This document shows, piece by piece, positions 30,149 to 43,530 of a DNA stretch of 64,000 nucleotides (position 1 is the first letter of the stretch; each line of letters begins with the position of its first letter). Made by a program: the position numbers and the translations under genes. This stretch comes from an uncultured delta proteobacterium (GTDB lineage: Bacteria; Desulfobacterota; Binatia; Binatales; Binataceae). The notes under the pieces were generated by a model that ran no database searches, was not told where the DNA came from, and worked only from the letters and a program-made list of their open reading frames with translations. The stretch covers positions 3,508 through 67,507 of the forward strand of contig CAVVGR010000005.1 in the NCBI GenBank assembly GCA_963747845.1, in the 5' to 3' direction.

Positions 30149-30820
30149 ATGCAGGAGTTAGGAGTAGCGTGGCAGGCAATCAAGTACGGCGGCGCGATGG
30201 TCTATCCGCTGCTGGCGCTTGGCGTCCTTGCCATCGCGATTATCATCGATCGGTCCGTGCTCTATGCGCGATGCCTGCGGATGCCGTCTGCGGTCGCCGA
30301 CCTGGTGGAGACGTTCGGATTTTCGTGGACCGAACTTGAGAAGCAGTTGAAGGAACTCGGCCCGCGCAACGCCTACGGCCGCTTCCTGCAAGTGATCGCC
30401 GACAATCGTCACCAGCCCGCATGGTGGGTCGAATCGCGGGCAGGTGACGAAGCGGGCCGAATAGAAAAGACCCTCGCCCGCGGACTGTGGGTGCTCGAAA
30501 CAGTCGTGACCGCCGCGCCGCTGCTCGGACTGCTCGGCACCATCACGGGCATGATGCAATCTTTCAACGTGATCGGCGCGTCGACGCTGGTCGCTCCGAC
30601 TCAAGTGACGGCGGGCGTCGCGCAGGCGCTGATTGCGACCGCGCTCGGTCTGCTGATAGCGGTGCTCTCGCTGTTCGCGTTCAACCTTTTCTCGCGGATG
30701 CAATCGCAGTCGCTCGACACGATGGAGCGCCTGGGCTCGCGGCTGGTCGATCACATCCGACTCGACCAGGAAGGCGGCGAGGCCGCACCCGGCCCGCGTC
30801 CCGCAGCAATAGCGCGATGA
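30149..30820 (+). CDS. exbB: MotA/TolQ/ExbB proton channel protein
   Basis: APLLGLLGTITGMM, GVAQALIATALGL. Confidence 0.92.
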   Translation: MQELGVAWQAIKYGGAMVYPLLALGVLAIAIIIDRSVLYARCLRMPSAVADLVETFGFSWTELEKQLKELGPRNAYGRFLQVIADNRHQPAWWVESRAGDEAGRIEKTLARGLWVLETVVTAAPLLGLLGTITGMMQSFNVIGASTLVAPTQVTAGVAQALIATALGLLIAVLSLFAFNLFSRMQSQSLDTMERLGSRLVDHIRLDQEGGEAAPGPRPAAIAR

Positions 30821-31215
30821 AAATTCAGCGCGCACGCCATTTTCGTCACGGGCGAATCGAAATCATCCCGATGATCGACGTGATGTTCTTTCTGCTGGTG
30901 ACCTTCATGCTCGCGTCGCTGTCGATGCAGAGTCTGAACTCCATCGCGGTCAATCTGCCCAAGGGCAACGCAGAATCGATGGAGCATCAGGAGCCCATCA
31001 CGCTGACCATCACGCACGACAGCCACATCTTTATCGACAAGACGCCGACCACGCTCGATCAACTGGCGTTCCTGCTAAAGCCGATGCTCCAGACCAACGA
31101 CCTCGGCGTGGTGGTCAACGCGGACACCGATGCGCCCGAGGGCACGGTGGTGGAAGCGATGATCGAGGCGCGGCGCGCGGGCGTCGAGAAATTTCTGATC
31201 GCAGTGAAGCACTGA
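30817..31215 (+). CDS. exbD: ExbD/TolR biopolymer transport protein
   Basis: IEIIPMIDVMFFLLVTFM, VNLP; ATGA overlap with exbB. Confidence 0.92.
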   Translation: MKIQRARHFRHGRIEIIPMIDVMFFLLVTFMLASLSMQSLNSIAVNLPKGNAESMEHQEPITLTITHDSHIFIDKTPTTLDQLAFLLKPMLQTNDLGVVVNADTDAPEGTVVEAMIEARRAGVEKFLIAVKH

Positions 31216-31216
31216 C

Positions 31217-31964
31217 ATGGCCGACGCAGCCCGAATCGCGATACGCCCGCCGGAGCTCGACGAGCCGGCGCGCCGCCTGCTGTGGATCATCCCGGCGGCT
31301 ATCGCGATCTGGGCGCTTTTACTCAGCGTCTTTTCAATCGATCCTGACGCGCACGGCGGTGCCGCAACGAGGAGCAGACGCCGATCCAGGCGCAACTGGT
31401 CGAGATCCGCCAAGGAAATCGGCGGGCTGCAGGGCAATGGCGGCGCGCTGCATCCGTCGGCGCCGGCGATTCCGCATCCCAAGGCCGCGCCGAGCAAGCC
31501 TCATCCCGTCAAGTCATCTGAAGAAGGCAGCGCCCTTGCCGCCGGTGATTCGTTCACCCTACGGCACCGAAAAATCGACCTCGGCTCCGAGCGTCGAAGC
31601 ACCGGCGGGCGCGAGCACAGGCAGCGCTTCGGAGAGCGAAGAGAGGCGGCGGCGATCGGATACCGGCGAAGGTTCGGGCGGCGGCATCGGCAGCGATACG
31701 GTCGGTGCGCGCGCGATCTACGCGCCGACGCCGGTGATACCCGACGATCTTCGCGAGGACGTGATCCAGACCGAGGCGGTCGCGCGCTTCAACGTGTCGT
31801 TCGATGGCGCCAGCGAGGTGACGCTGGAAAAGCCGACCTCGAGCCCGCGCCTCAACCAGGTGCTGCTCGACACGCTCAAGCAGTGGAAATTTTTCCCGGC
31901 GGTGAAGAACGGCGTCGCGATTCCGTCGTCGTTCGAAGTTCGAATACCGATTTCAGTTCAGTAA
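31217..31964 (+). CDS. tonB: TonB energy transducer; several frameshifts
   Basis: N-terminal TM anchor, Pro-rich linker, C-terminal LLDTLKQWKFFPAVKNGVAIP. Confidence 0.8.
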
Positions 31965-33152
31965 TCAGCCGGCGCAGCACATGCGCTCGATCACCTTTTG
32001 AATGATCGCGGGGCCGCGCTCGAAAGCGTCGCGGCGGACGTGCTCGTTGGGCTGATGCGCCTGCTCGAGATCGCCGGGCCCGCAGATGAGCGACGTGATT
32101 CCGGAGCCGGTGAACCATGCGCCGTCGGTGCCGTAGAGCGCGCCGCCCGAGGTTTTCGCGCCGGTGACGTCGAACAGCGCCGCTTCCAGAGCCGTCCCGC
32201 GCGGCGAGTCGAGCGGCGGCACGACGTTCATGAGCGAGACTTCGATTTTCGCGCGATGCTCGCCGCCGGCATAGTCGTGGCCGTCGAGCGCGCCAAGCCG
32301 GCGCTCGATCTCGCGGTAAACATCCAGCGGCTCCGAGTCGGGCAGCGTGCGATAGCTGATGCGCAGCTTGCATTCCTCGGCGATCATATTCAGCGCGATT
32401 CCGCCGTGCACCGTTCCGAAATTCAGCACGTCATGCGGCGAGTCGGGAAAGACCTCGGCATATTGCGCCGGCCGGCGCGCCGCGAGTTCCTGCTGATAGC
32501 GCCCGATAGTGTCCATCACGCGGGCCATCACGGCGATCGCGCTGACGCCTTTGGCCGGCGCGCCGCTGTGGCCTCCCATGCCGCGGACCGTCACGGTCAT
32601 CGACACGATGCTCTTGTGCGCGTGCGCCACTTCCCATGAAGTGGGCTCGCCGATCCACGCCAGCCGCGGGACCGGCGTCTCGCCCAGGATTTGCTTGAGC
32701 GCGGGCGCGACGCTGTGAGCGCCGAGACATCCGATTTCCTCGCTCGCGGTGAACACGAATACCAGCGGGCGCTTGAGCCGCGCCGAATCGAGCGTGCGCG
32801 CCGCGTCGAGGCATTCAGCGATGAATCCTTTCATGTCGGTGGTGCCGCGGCCGTAGATTTTATCGCCCGCGGGCTCGAGCTTGAGCGGCGCGCGCTCCCA
32901 TCCGGGCTGTCCGTCGTAGGGGACGGTGTCCACGTGTCCGGAAACTATCAGGCCGTCGGCCCGGGGCGGGCCAATCCACGCAACCAGGTTGGCTTGCGAG
33001 ACGCCGAACAGCTCGACCGGCTGCAGCGCGATTTTGAATCCGCGCGGCGCGAGCTCCTTTGCGATGTAGTCCATCGCATCGCGATCGCTTTTTGCGCTGA
33101 CCGTGTCGAAGCCGACGAGCCGGCTGGCGACGTCGTACAAATAATCGTTCAT
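31965..33152 (-). CDS. M20 family peptidase (acetylornithine deacetylase-like)
   Basis: SGHVDTVP, YGRGTTDMKGF, SEEIGCLG, IGEPT, QAHQPNE. Confidence 0.9.
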   Translation of the reverse strand: MNDYLYDVASRLVGFDTVSAKSDRDAMDYIAKELAPRGFKIALQPVELFGVSQANLVAWIGPPRADGLIVSGHVDTVPYDGQPGWERAPLKLEPAGDKIYGRGTTDMKGFIAECLDAARTLDSARLKRPLVFVFTASEEIGCLGAHSVAPALKQILGETPVPRLAWIGEPTSWEVAHAHKSIVSMTVTVRGMGGHSGAPAKGVSAIAVMARVMDTIGRYQQELAARRPAQYAEVFPDSPHDVLNFGTVHGGIALNMIAEECKLRISYRTLPDSEPLDVYREIERRLGALDGHDYAGGEHRAKIEVSLMNVVPPLDSPRGTALEAALFDVTGAKTSGGALYGTDGAWFTGSGITSLICGPGDLEQAHQPNEHVRRDAFERGPAIIQKVIERMCCAG

Positions 33153-33328
33153 GGTGTCACCGGGGCGGAATTTCAGTCAGGAGAATCGCACAAACGGCCA
33201 GTCAAGAACAAATCAATATCCGATAACATCGCGGAAATACTCAAGGATTTGGCAATGGTAAGGTAGTTAGGCATTTGACCGTTCCCGCGGGTAGAATGCG
33301 GAGGGCTGGATGGTGGGGAGGCGGCAGG

Positions 33329-35635
<2,307 letters not shown>

Positions 35636-35689
35636 GCCGCCCGCTTCTGAGTTACAATCGGCAAAGGCTTCGCCGCCAATCTCCTTCGG

Positions 35690-37607
35690 ATGTCGCAGAG
35701 TACGAGATCTGAGTTAAGCCCTGAGGCGACTCAGGCGGATCGCCTATTCGCCGGTTTCCTCGGCTTATTCGTCGTTATTGCTTTCTCGCGCCTTTTTTCT
35801 CTGAGCGGATCACCGCTCCAATCCTACTTCCCTATTTTAATTTATCAGGACGTCGCGTTTTGGTCCGTAATTGCCTGGTTCTTTTACGGGCTTCTGAGGC
35901 TCTCGACCGCAAGGAGAGCGGTGCTTGTCGCTGGATGGGGCGTTTGCATTTTGATCGCTCTCTATACGGCGATCGATTTAGTCATCTACCTGGAGACCCG
36001 CAGCCCGTTGACCTATCGGCTCTGGCTTGCGGCTGACGACGGACGCGGTATCGAAGCGTCGGTGTCGCAGGCCGTTTCGCTCTTAAGGGTTTTCGTACCC
36101 GGGATTCCTGATCGTGATGGTTGTCGTAGCGGTGTCGCTGCGGTGGTTCGCACCTAACGTGCTGACGCGCCTCCGTACAGGATTTTACTCACCGTTCATC
36201 GCCGTGGTCATGTTCATCTACGTTCTGGGTGCGAACTGGTGGACAACTACCTATGTTACCCATAGGGCAATTGCCGCGAATCCTGAGTGGGCGCTGTTGT
36301 CTTCACTATTCGATCAGCCGATACCAAGAGTCACTGAAGTCATTCCGCCGGACTACATCAAGGATTTTCTTCCAGCAACTCAGACTAGTGCCGCAGGAGT
36401 TCTTCCGTCGCAGTCCGCCGTCTTCACTCCGGCGGTAGATCCTTCGGCGCAGCGTCCTATGAACATCGTCATGATAGTTATGGAGTCTACGGGCGCGAAG
36501 CGGTTACAACTATATGGAGCTTCATACAAGGACAGTCCCGAGATGGTGCGGCTAGCCGATCATGGCGTGGTGTTTGACCATATCTACGCGGCACAGTCTT
36601 ATACCTCGGCGGCAATGGCCGGCCTTTTCTGCTCGCTTTATCCTGAGCACGGCTGGCTGAACCTGCTTCGACAATCGCCCGACATAGGAGTGACCGGCCT
36701 GGCGGACGTACTAGCTGCCCACGGTTACCGAACTGCTTTTTTGCACGAGGGACAGTTAGGGTTCGACAATCAGCTGGAATTTATCGAAAGCCATGGGTTC
36801 CAGCAGGTGTTTTTCCGAGACAAGGATCCTCTTGTTTCAAGTGACTCGGCATTGGTGCCAATCGCGGAAAAGTGGATCAAATCAGATGACAAGAAGCCGT
36901 TCTTTCTGCTGGTTTGGACACAGGATACCCATCATCCATATCTTGTAAATTCGAATGACGATTACGGCACCGGAAATCCGAGGCTGAACAAGTACCTTAA
37001 CGCGGTAAGATCGACTGACTCTATTATCGCGCAATTGATGCATAGCCTGGATGAGCTGAATATTGCCGACAATACTATCGTAGTGATAACCGGCGACCAC
37101 GGCGAAGCATTCGGCGAACATGGCCAGCTTGCTCACGGTTTCACGACCTATAACGAAGAACTCCATGTCCCTTTGATTTTGGTCAATCCAAAATTATTTC
37201 CGCATGGAACACGAAATGCTTCGCTAGGCAGGCAGATAGACATCGCGCCGACACTCCTGGGACTCCTGGGATACGACAAGCCGCAATCATGGCAGGGAAC
37301 GAATCTTCTCGGCGCACACCCTGCGGAACGCGCGTATTTGTTTTCCTACTCGGGAGATTTCTCGCTGGGAATCGTCGAAGGAAACTTCAAATACATCCAC
37401 GACTTCGATCAGAACCGCGATGAACTATACGACTTGTCCAACGATCCGGAAGAGACCCGGGATCTTGGCGCGGAACCGGAGTACAAAGAGATGGTCGCCC
37501 GCGATCGTCTGCGGGTGGATGCATGGCTGTCGTTCCAGGACAAGTATCTGGCAAGCTTTCCACCGGCGCATCAAAATCAACTGTCAGTTGAGCATAAGAT
37601 AGAGTAG
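35690..37607 (+). CDS. Membrane-anchored LtaS/sulfatase-like (alkaline phosphatase superfamily) protein; frameshift near 36090
   Basis: N-terminal TM helices, VMES, YAAQSYTS (no CxPxR), THHPY, TGDHG. Confidence 0.85.
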
Positions 37608-38675
<1,068 letters not shown>

Positions 38676-38700
38676 TATTCAAACTGCGCAGAGTGTGCTG

Positions 38701-39063
38701 CTATTCGCCGGGACGAGGCGGAATCGCAACGTAGTTGCCGGGATTCGCCGCCATCGCCTGACGAACGTCCGGATGCGCCGAGAAGAACGCGTCGAGCTGC
38801 GGATGCTTCTTCGCAAAGCCGTCGTCATTGATCAGCGCTGGATTGTGGGCGAGCTGGCTTGCGACCTTCGGATGCGCAGTCGCAAAGCCGTTCCACATCG
38901 TGAGCTTATGCATGTCGATGTCGCTGGTATTGGCGGCCTTGAATACGGTGGTGGTGTTTCCGTTGACGACGGTGCCCATCGTTTTTCCGTCCTGCGCAAT
39001 CGCAGGAGCTGCGAAAGCGACAGGGAGTGCGATGGCAATCAGCAGAGTTGATATTCGGTTCAC
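38701..39063 (-). CDS. Exported hypothetical protein with aromatic-x3-His-Pro repeats, paralog 2
   Basis: Signal peptide, GAGG RBS, GTG start, FATAHP/FAKKHP/FFSAHP. Confidence 0.8.
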   Translation of the reverse strand: MNRISTLLIAIALPVAFAAPAIAQDGKTMGTVVNGNTTTVFKAANTSDIDMHKLTMWNGFATAHPKVASQLAHNPALINDDGFAKKHPQLDAFFSAHPDVRQAMAANPGNYVAIPPRPGE

Positions 39064-39221
39064 GTTTTTACCTCTTCGTTGGCCAGACAGCTGGCTGACC
39101 TATACTCATGTAAGTAGAGGCCAAATCAGCACGAGCCAACACATTCAGCTTACTGCGTCTTGCTCTGGAATGCGAAAATTTCGGGCGTGCTATCAGGAAC
39201 ACAAAAGCCTGAATTGCTCTC

Positions 39222-39584
39222 CTATTCGCCGGGACGCGGCGGAATCGCAACGTAGTTGCCGGGATTCTCCGCCATTGATTCACGAATCTCCGGATGAGCC
39301 GAGAAGAATTCGCCAAGTTCCGGATGCTGATTCGCGTAGGCTTCGTCAGTGATCAGCGACGGCTTGTAGGCGAGTGTGCGCGCGATATTCGGATGCTGGC
39401 CGGCAAATTCGCTCCAGGTCTGGAGCTTCTGCATGTCCAGATCGCTGGTATCTGCCGCCATAAACACCACGGTAGTGTTTCCGTTGACAACTGTGCCAAG
39501 CGGCCTTCCATCCTGTGCGATCGCGGGAGCCGCGAACGCAATTGGAAGTCCGACAGCGAGTAGCAAAGTGGTTATGCGATTCAT
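39222..39584 (-). CDS. Exported hypothetical protein with aromatic-x3-His-Pro repeats, paralog 1
   Basis: Same length as its neighbour, with identical C-terminus NPGNYVAIPPRPGE. Confidence 0.8.
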   Translation of the reverse strand: MNRITTLLLAVGLPIAFAAPAIAQDGRPLGTVVNGNTTVVFMAADTSDLDMQKLQTWSEFAGQHPNIARTLAYKPSLITDEAYANQHPELGEFFSAHPEIRESMAENPGNYVAIPPRPGE

Positions 39585-39727
39585 TTTCTTACCTCTCGAT
39601 TGGCTATTGGATAATCGGCAAACCAATACCCTTTCAATAGGCAGCAAATCTCATACCGGAAAACTTTTCCCTATGGATGTTGATACATTCAAGACCGCCC
39701 AAATAGTAAGACGGCATTAGTTACATA

Positions 39728-40411
39728 CTATTCGCGTTTCGCCCGGATTTCGCCTGCGATCGCGGCTCGCGCGCTTTTGGAATAGTTCAACTTTGTTGGG
39801 GCGGCGGCGCCACCCGACATGATGAAGGTCATCGCTTCGTTGATCGTCCAGTCGAGCATGACGAGGCGGCTGACCGGCACCAGTTCCATGTAGCCGGAGG
39901 TGGGATTCGGTGTGGTCGGTACGTAAACGGCGGCGATTTCCTCGCCGGTATCGGCGTCGTTGAAAATCCTGGTGACGAGGCCGACGGTTTTCATTTCGGG
40001 CGACGGAAATTCGATCAAAACCACGCGCTGAGAGTTACCGGGACGGGTTTGAAAGCTGGTGACGAGCTGGCGTGCAGCGCCGTAGATGGATTGCACGATC
40101 GGGATTCGCGCCATCAGGTAGTCAAAGGCACCGAGCAGCCGCCGTCCCGCTACCGCCGTCGCGATCTCGCCGAGAACGTAGAGGGCTGCGAGCACGATCG
40201 CCACTGAGATGGTGCTTTGAAACCACGGCGCAGAAAGTGCGGCGGCGAGATCGGGCGCGTGAATCCGCAGCGAGGACATGAATGCGCCGACGAACGGGCT
40301 GCCGAGCGCGACCAATATCCCGACCAGGAAATTGATGACCCAGATTGTGATCCCGATGGGAATGAACGTCAGTATTCCCGCCACGACGTTGCGACGGATT
40401 TTCGCGAACAT
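39728..40411 (-). CDS. DUF502 family membrane protein
   Basis: IPIVQSIY, VVLIEFP, VYVPTTPNPTSGY, IMSGG. Confidence 0.9.
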   Translation of the reverse strand: MFAKIRRNVVAGILTFIPIGITIWVINFLVGILVALGSPFVGAFMSSLRIHAPDLAAALSAPWFQSTISVAIVLAALYVLGEIATAVAGRRLLGAFDYLMARIPIVQSIYGAARQLVTSFQTRPGNSQRVVLIEFPSPEMKTVGLVTRIFNDADTGEEIAAVYVPTTPNPTSGYMELVPVSRLVMLDWTINEAMTFIMSGGAAAPTKLNYSKSARAAIAGEIRAKRE

Positions 40412-40420
40412 CGGCGACCC

Positions 40421-41054
40421 TTAGCCTGCCACTTGGCCGGGTTGGGTCGCGTGGCGGCGGAGCGCGGTCGCGGCGAATACAGTTATCGCGAGCGCGACGA
40501 CTGCCAACGCGGCGATCATCCAGATGTAGGCTTCGACCTCAGTCCCAATCACCGCGGCAAGCGCGAGTGCGATGCTGACCCAGAAAAAGGTGCGGTCCAT
40601 GTGCACGCCCGCCAGGAAGCAGGTGACAGCGAGAATCACCAGCGTGACCAGCGCAACCGCGTCCGCGTCCATCTGCCCGCGCTCGAGCTGCAGGAAAATT
40701 ATCTGCACCGCAATGATCGGCCCGAGCCAATGCAGCACCTGGCGCAGGATTATCTTCCACGCCGGTCCCGCCTCGGGACCAGACCCAATCAGTTCGTGCC
40801 AGAGGCAGAACGAGGCCAAACACCGGGAACATCGCGCTCCAGTAATAGAGTGCGCGGAGATGGCTGAAGTTGGTCAGGAACAGGCCAACCATCACGAGCA
40901 CGCTGAGCGCGCCGACGATTAGCAGCCGCCGCAGCAGGTCCGCCTGGAGTCTGCTCATCCAGTCTGGCGCTGGTGCGGGCGCCACCGGCGGCGGGGGCGA
41001 TGCAATCGTTGGGCTCGGTGCGACAGTCGTTGGCTCGGGTTGAGTCTCGCTCAT
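40421..41054 (-). CDS. Hypothetical integral membrane protein; frameshift near 40810
   Basis: Pro-rich N-terminus, multiple TM segments, RQVLHW motif; two ORFs join. Confidence 0.7.
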
Positions 41055-41187
41055 GCACTGATGATTTAATATCGATGGCGGAGTCGCAAGCCGTCGGCGC
41101 TGCCGGGCAGGTTCACGTTCGTGCCCGGCAGAACGCCCCGACGGCGCGCGACTGAAAATAACGCGACGCGGCTGAATGGCGCGAGTT

Positions 41188-42273
41188 CTAGTCGAACATC
41201 AGCACCGTGCGCGCGACTTCTCCCGCCTTCATAGCGCGGAATGCTTCGTTGACGTCCTCGAGTTTGCCGCGGCGCGTGATCATATCGTCGAGGTCGAGCC
41301 GTCCCTGCTGATAGAGCTCGATGATCCGCGGCATGTCGATGCGGAAGCGGTTCGAGCCCATGAAGCATCCCTGGATGCGCTTCTCGTACAGCAGCGAGAA
41401 GCCGTCCACGTCAACTTTCTGCCCAATCGGAACCATTCCGACAATCGTGGCGATGCCGCCGGCGGTGAGCGACTCGTAAGCCTGCTCGGCCGCGACCTTG
41501 AGCCCGATCGCTTCGAACGAATACTCGACGCCGCCGCCAGTGAGCGTGCGAATCTGCTCGACCGCGTCGCCCTTTGACGCATCGACGGCGTGAGTCGCGC
41601 CGAGCTTTTTTGCGAGATCGAGTTTGGCCGGAAACTTGTCCACCGCGATGATCATTCGCGCGCCCGCGATTCGCGCGCCCTGGATGATCGCGAGGCCGAC
41701 GCCGCCGGCGCCGAACACTGCGACGGTCGAGCCGGGCGCAACTTTCGCGGTGTTGAGCGCGGCGCCGACGCCGGTCATCACGCCGCATCCGATTAGCGCG
41801 GCGCGATCGAGCGGCACGTCGTCGGCAATCTTCACCAGCGCGTTCTCATGCAGCAGCATTTTCTCGGCGTAGCCCGACAGATCAGCGAACTGATTGACCA
41901 TCTGGCCCTTCTGCGAGAGGCGCGGCTTGTCGGTCGCGGTGCGCTGCGTGGCGGCCTTGTTCGAGCACAGGTTCGGATGGCCCGACATGCAGTCTTCGCA
42001 GTAGCCGCAGAAGACCGAGAGGCACGCGATGACGTGGTCGCCGGGCTTGAGGTACGAGACCTGCGAGCCGACTTTCTCGACGATGCCGGCGGCTTCGTGG
42101 CCCAGCACCGCGGGCGTCGGCCACATGTAGAGGCCGTCCACGAAATGAAGATCGCTGTGGCACACGCCGCTGGCGACGGTGCGCACGATTACTTCGCGCT
42201 CTTTGGGTTCGTCGATATCGACTTGCTCGATGGTGAGTGGCTGACCGGGACCGTGGAAGACAGCAGCTTTCAT
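41188..42273 (-). CDS. Zn-dependent alcohol dehydrogenase (class III-like MDR), tandem copy 2
   Basis: GVCHSD, GHE, CGYCEDC-x7-C, IGCGV, GAGGVG. Confidence 0.92.
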   Translation of the reverse strand: MKAAVFHGPGQPLTIEQVDIDEPKEREVIVRTVASGVCHSDLHFVDGLYMWPTPAVLGHEAAGIVEKVGSQVSYLKPGDHVIACLSVFCGYCEDCMSGHPNLCSNKAATQRTATDKPRLSQKGQMVNQFADLSGYAEKMLLHENALVKIADDVPLDRAALIGCGVMTGVGAALNTAKVAPGSTVAVFGAGGVGLAIIQGARIAGARMIIAVDKFPAKLDLAKKLGATHAVDASKGDAVEQIRTLTGGGVEYSFEAIGLKVAAEQAYESLTAGGIATIVGMVPIGQKVDVDGFSLLYEKRIQGCFMGSNRFRIDMPRIIELYQQGRLDLDDMITRRGKLEDVNEAFRAMKAGEVARTVLMFD

Positions 42274-42318
42274 CTGGATTGCTCCTTGATTTTCGATTTT
42301 CGTTTTGCGCGACGCGAG

Positions 42319-43407
42319 TCAGTTGAACATCAGGACGGTGCGCGCGACCTCGCCCGCCTTCATTGCGCGGAACGCCTCGTTGACGTCCTCGAGCTTGCCG
42401 CGGCGGCTGATCATGTCGTCGAGGTTGAGGCGCCCCTGCAGGTAGAAGTCGATGTACCGCGGCATGTCGATGCGGAAACGGTTCGAGCCCATGTTGGAGC
42501 CTTGCAGTTTGCGCTCGGTGAGAAACATGTAGCCGTCGATTTCGACCTTCTGGCCGACGGGGATCATGCCGATGACGGTCGCGGTGCCGCCGGGCTTGAG
42601 CGCCAGGAAAGCCTGCTCGGCGACACTCTTGAGGCCGATCGCTTCGAATGAGTAATCGACGCCGGCGCCGCCGGTCAGCTTTCTGATTTCATCGACGGCA
42701 TCGCTGCTCGACGCGTCGACAGTGTCGGTCGCGCCCAGCCGCTTCGCCATCGCGAGCTTGCCCTCGAACTTGTCGACCGCGATTATTTTACGTGCGCCCG
42801 CGATTCGCGCGCCCTGGATCGCCGCGAGTCCGACGCCGCCGGCGCCGAAGACCGCGACCGTCGAGCCCGGCTCGATCTTCGCCGTGTTGAGCACCGCGCC
42901 GACGCCGGTAGTGACGCCGCATCCGATGAGCGCGGCGCGATCGAGCGGCAGGTCCTCGCGAATCTTCACCACCGCGTTCTCGTGCAGCAGCATCTTCTCG
43001 CAGTATGACGAGATGTCGAGGAACTGGTTGATCGGCTTGCCCTTCTGCGAGATGCGCGGCTTGTCCGCGGGATTGCGCTGCGTTGCGGCCTTGTTCGAGC
43101 ATCGATTCGGATGCCCCGACATGCACTGCTCGCAGTTGCCGCAGAACACCGACAGGCAACAGATGACGTGATCGCCGGGCTTTACGTAGGTCACCTGCTT
43201 GCCGACTTCCTCGACAATGCCGGCGGCCTCGTGGCCGAGCACCGCGGGCGCTGGGTAAGGATAGAGACCGTCAACGAAATGCAGGTCGCTGTGGCATACG
43301 CCGCTCGCGACAGTTTTAATCAGGACTTCGCGGTCCTGCGGCTTGTCGATTTCGACGTCTTCGATACTGAGGGGCAAGTTGGGCCCGTGGAAAACAGCGG
43401 CTTTCAT
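42319..43407 (-). CDS. Zn-dependent alcohol dehydrogenase (class III-like MDR), tandem copy 1
   Basis: Same motifs; highly similar to the downstream copy. Confidence 0.92.
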   Translation of the reverse strand: MKAAVFHGPNLPLSIEDVEIDKPQDREVLIKTVASGVCHSDLHFVDGLYPYPAPAVLGHEAAGIVEEVGKQVTYVKPGDHVICCLSVFCGNCEQCMSGHPNRCSNKAATQRNPADKPRISQKGKPINQFLDISSYCEKMLLHENAVVKIREDLPLDRAALIGCGVTTGVGAVLNTAKIEPGSTVAVFGAGGVGLAAIQGARIAGARKIIAVDKFEGKLAMAKRLGATDTVDASSSDAVDEIRKLTGGAGVDYSFEAIGLKSVAEQAFLALKPGGTATVIGMIPVGQKVEIDGYMFLTERKLQGSNMGSNRFRIDMPRYIDFYLQGRLNLDDMISRRGKLEDVNEAFRAMKAGEVARTVLMFN

Positions 43408-43530
43408 CCTGAACGCTCCTTGAGTGTGGCGATTATGCCGGGCTGCATGCGCGCCTCGACAATCCCCTTTACTACCACACTGACGGCGCTTTTCCAGTGT
43501 CCGGGAATTGCGGCGGCGCCGATGACGAGA

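Noticed and set aside
30084-30149. 21-codon uORF (MRQLVRMVDARGECQIVRRTD) whose TAA overlaps the exbB ATG
   Set aside because: No SD, exbB has its own AAGGAG, and it is plausibly chance.
35690-37607. Calling it an arylsulfatase
   Set aside because: It lacks the C/S-x-P-x-R formylglycine signature.
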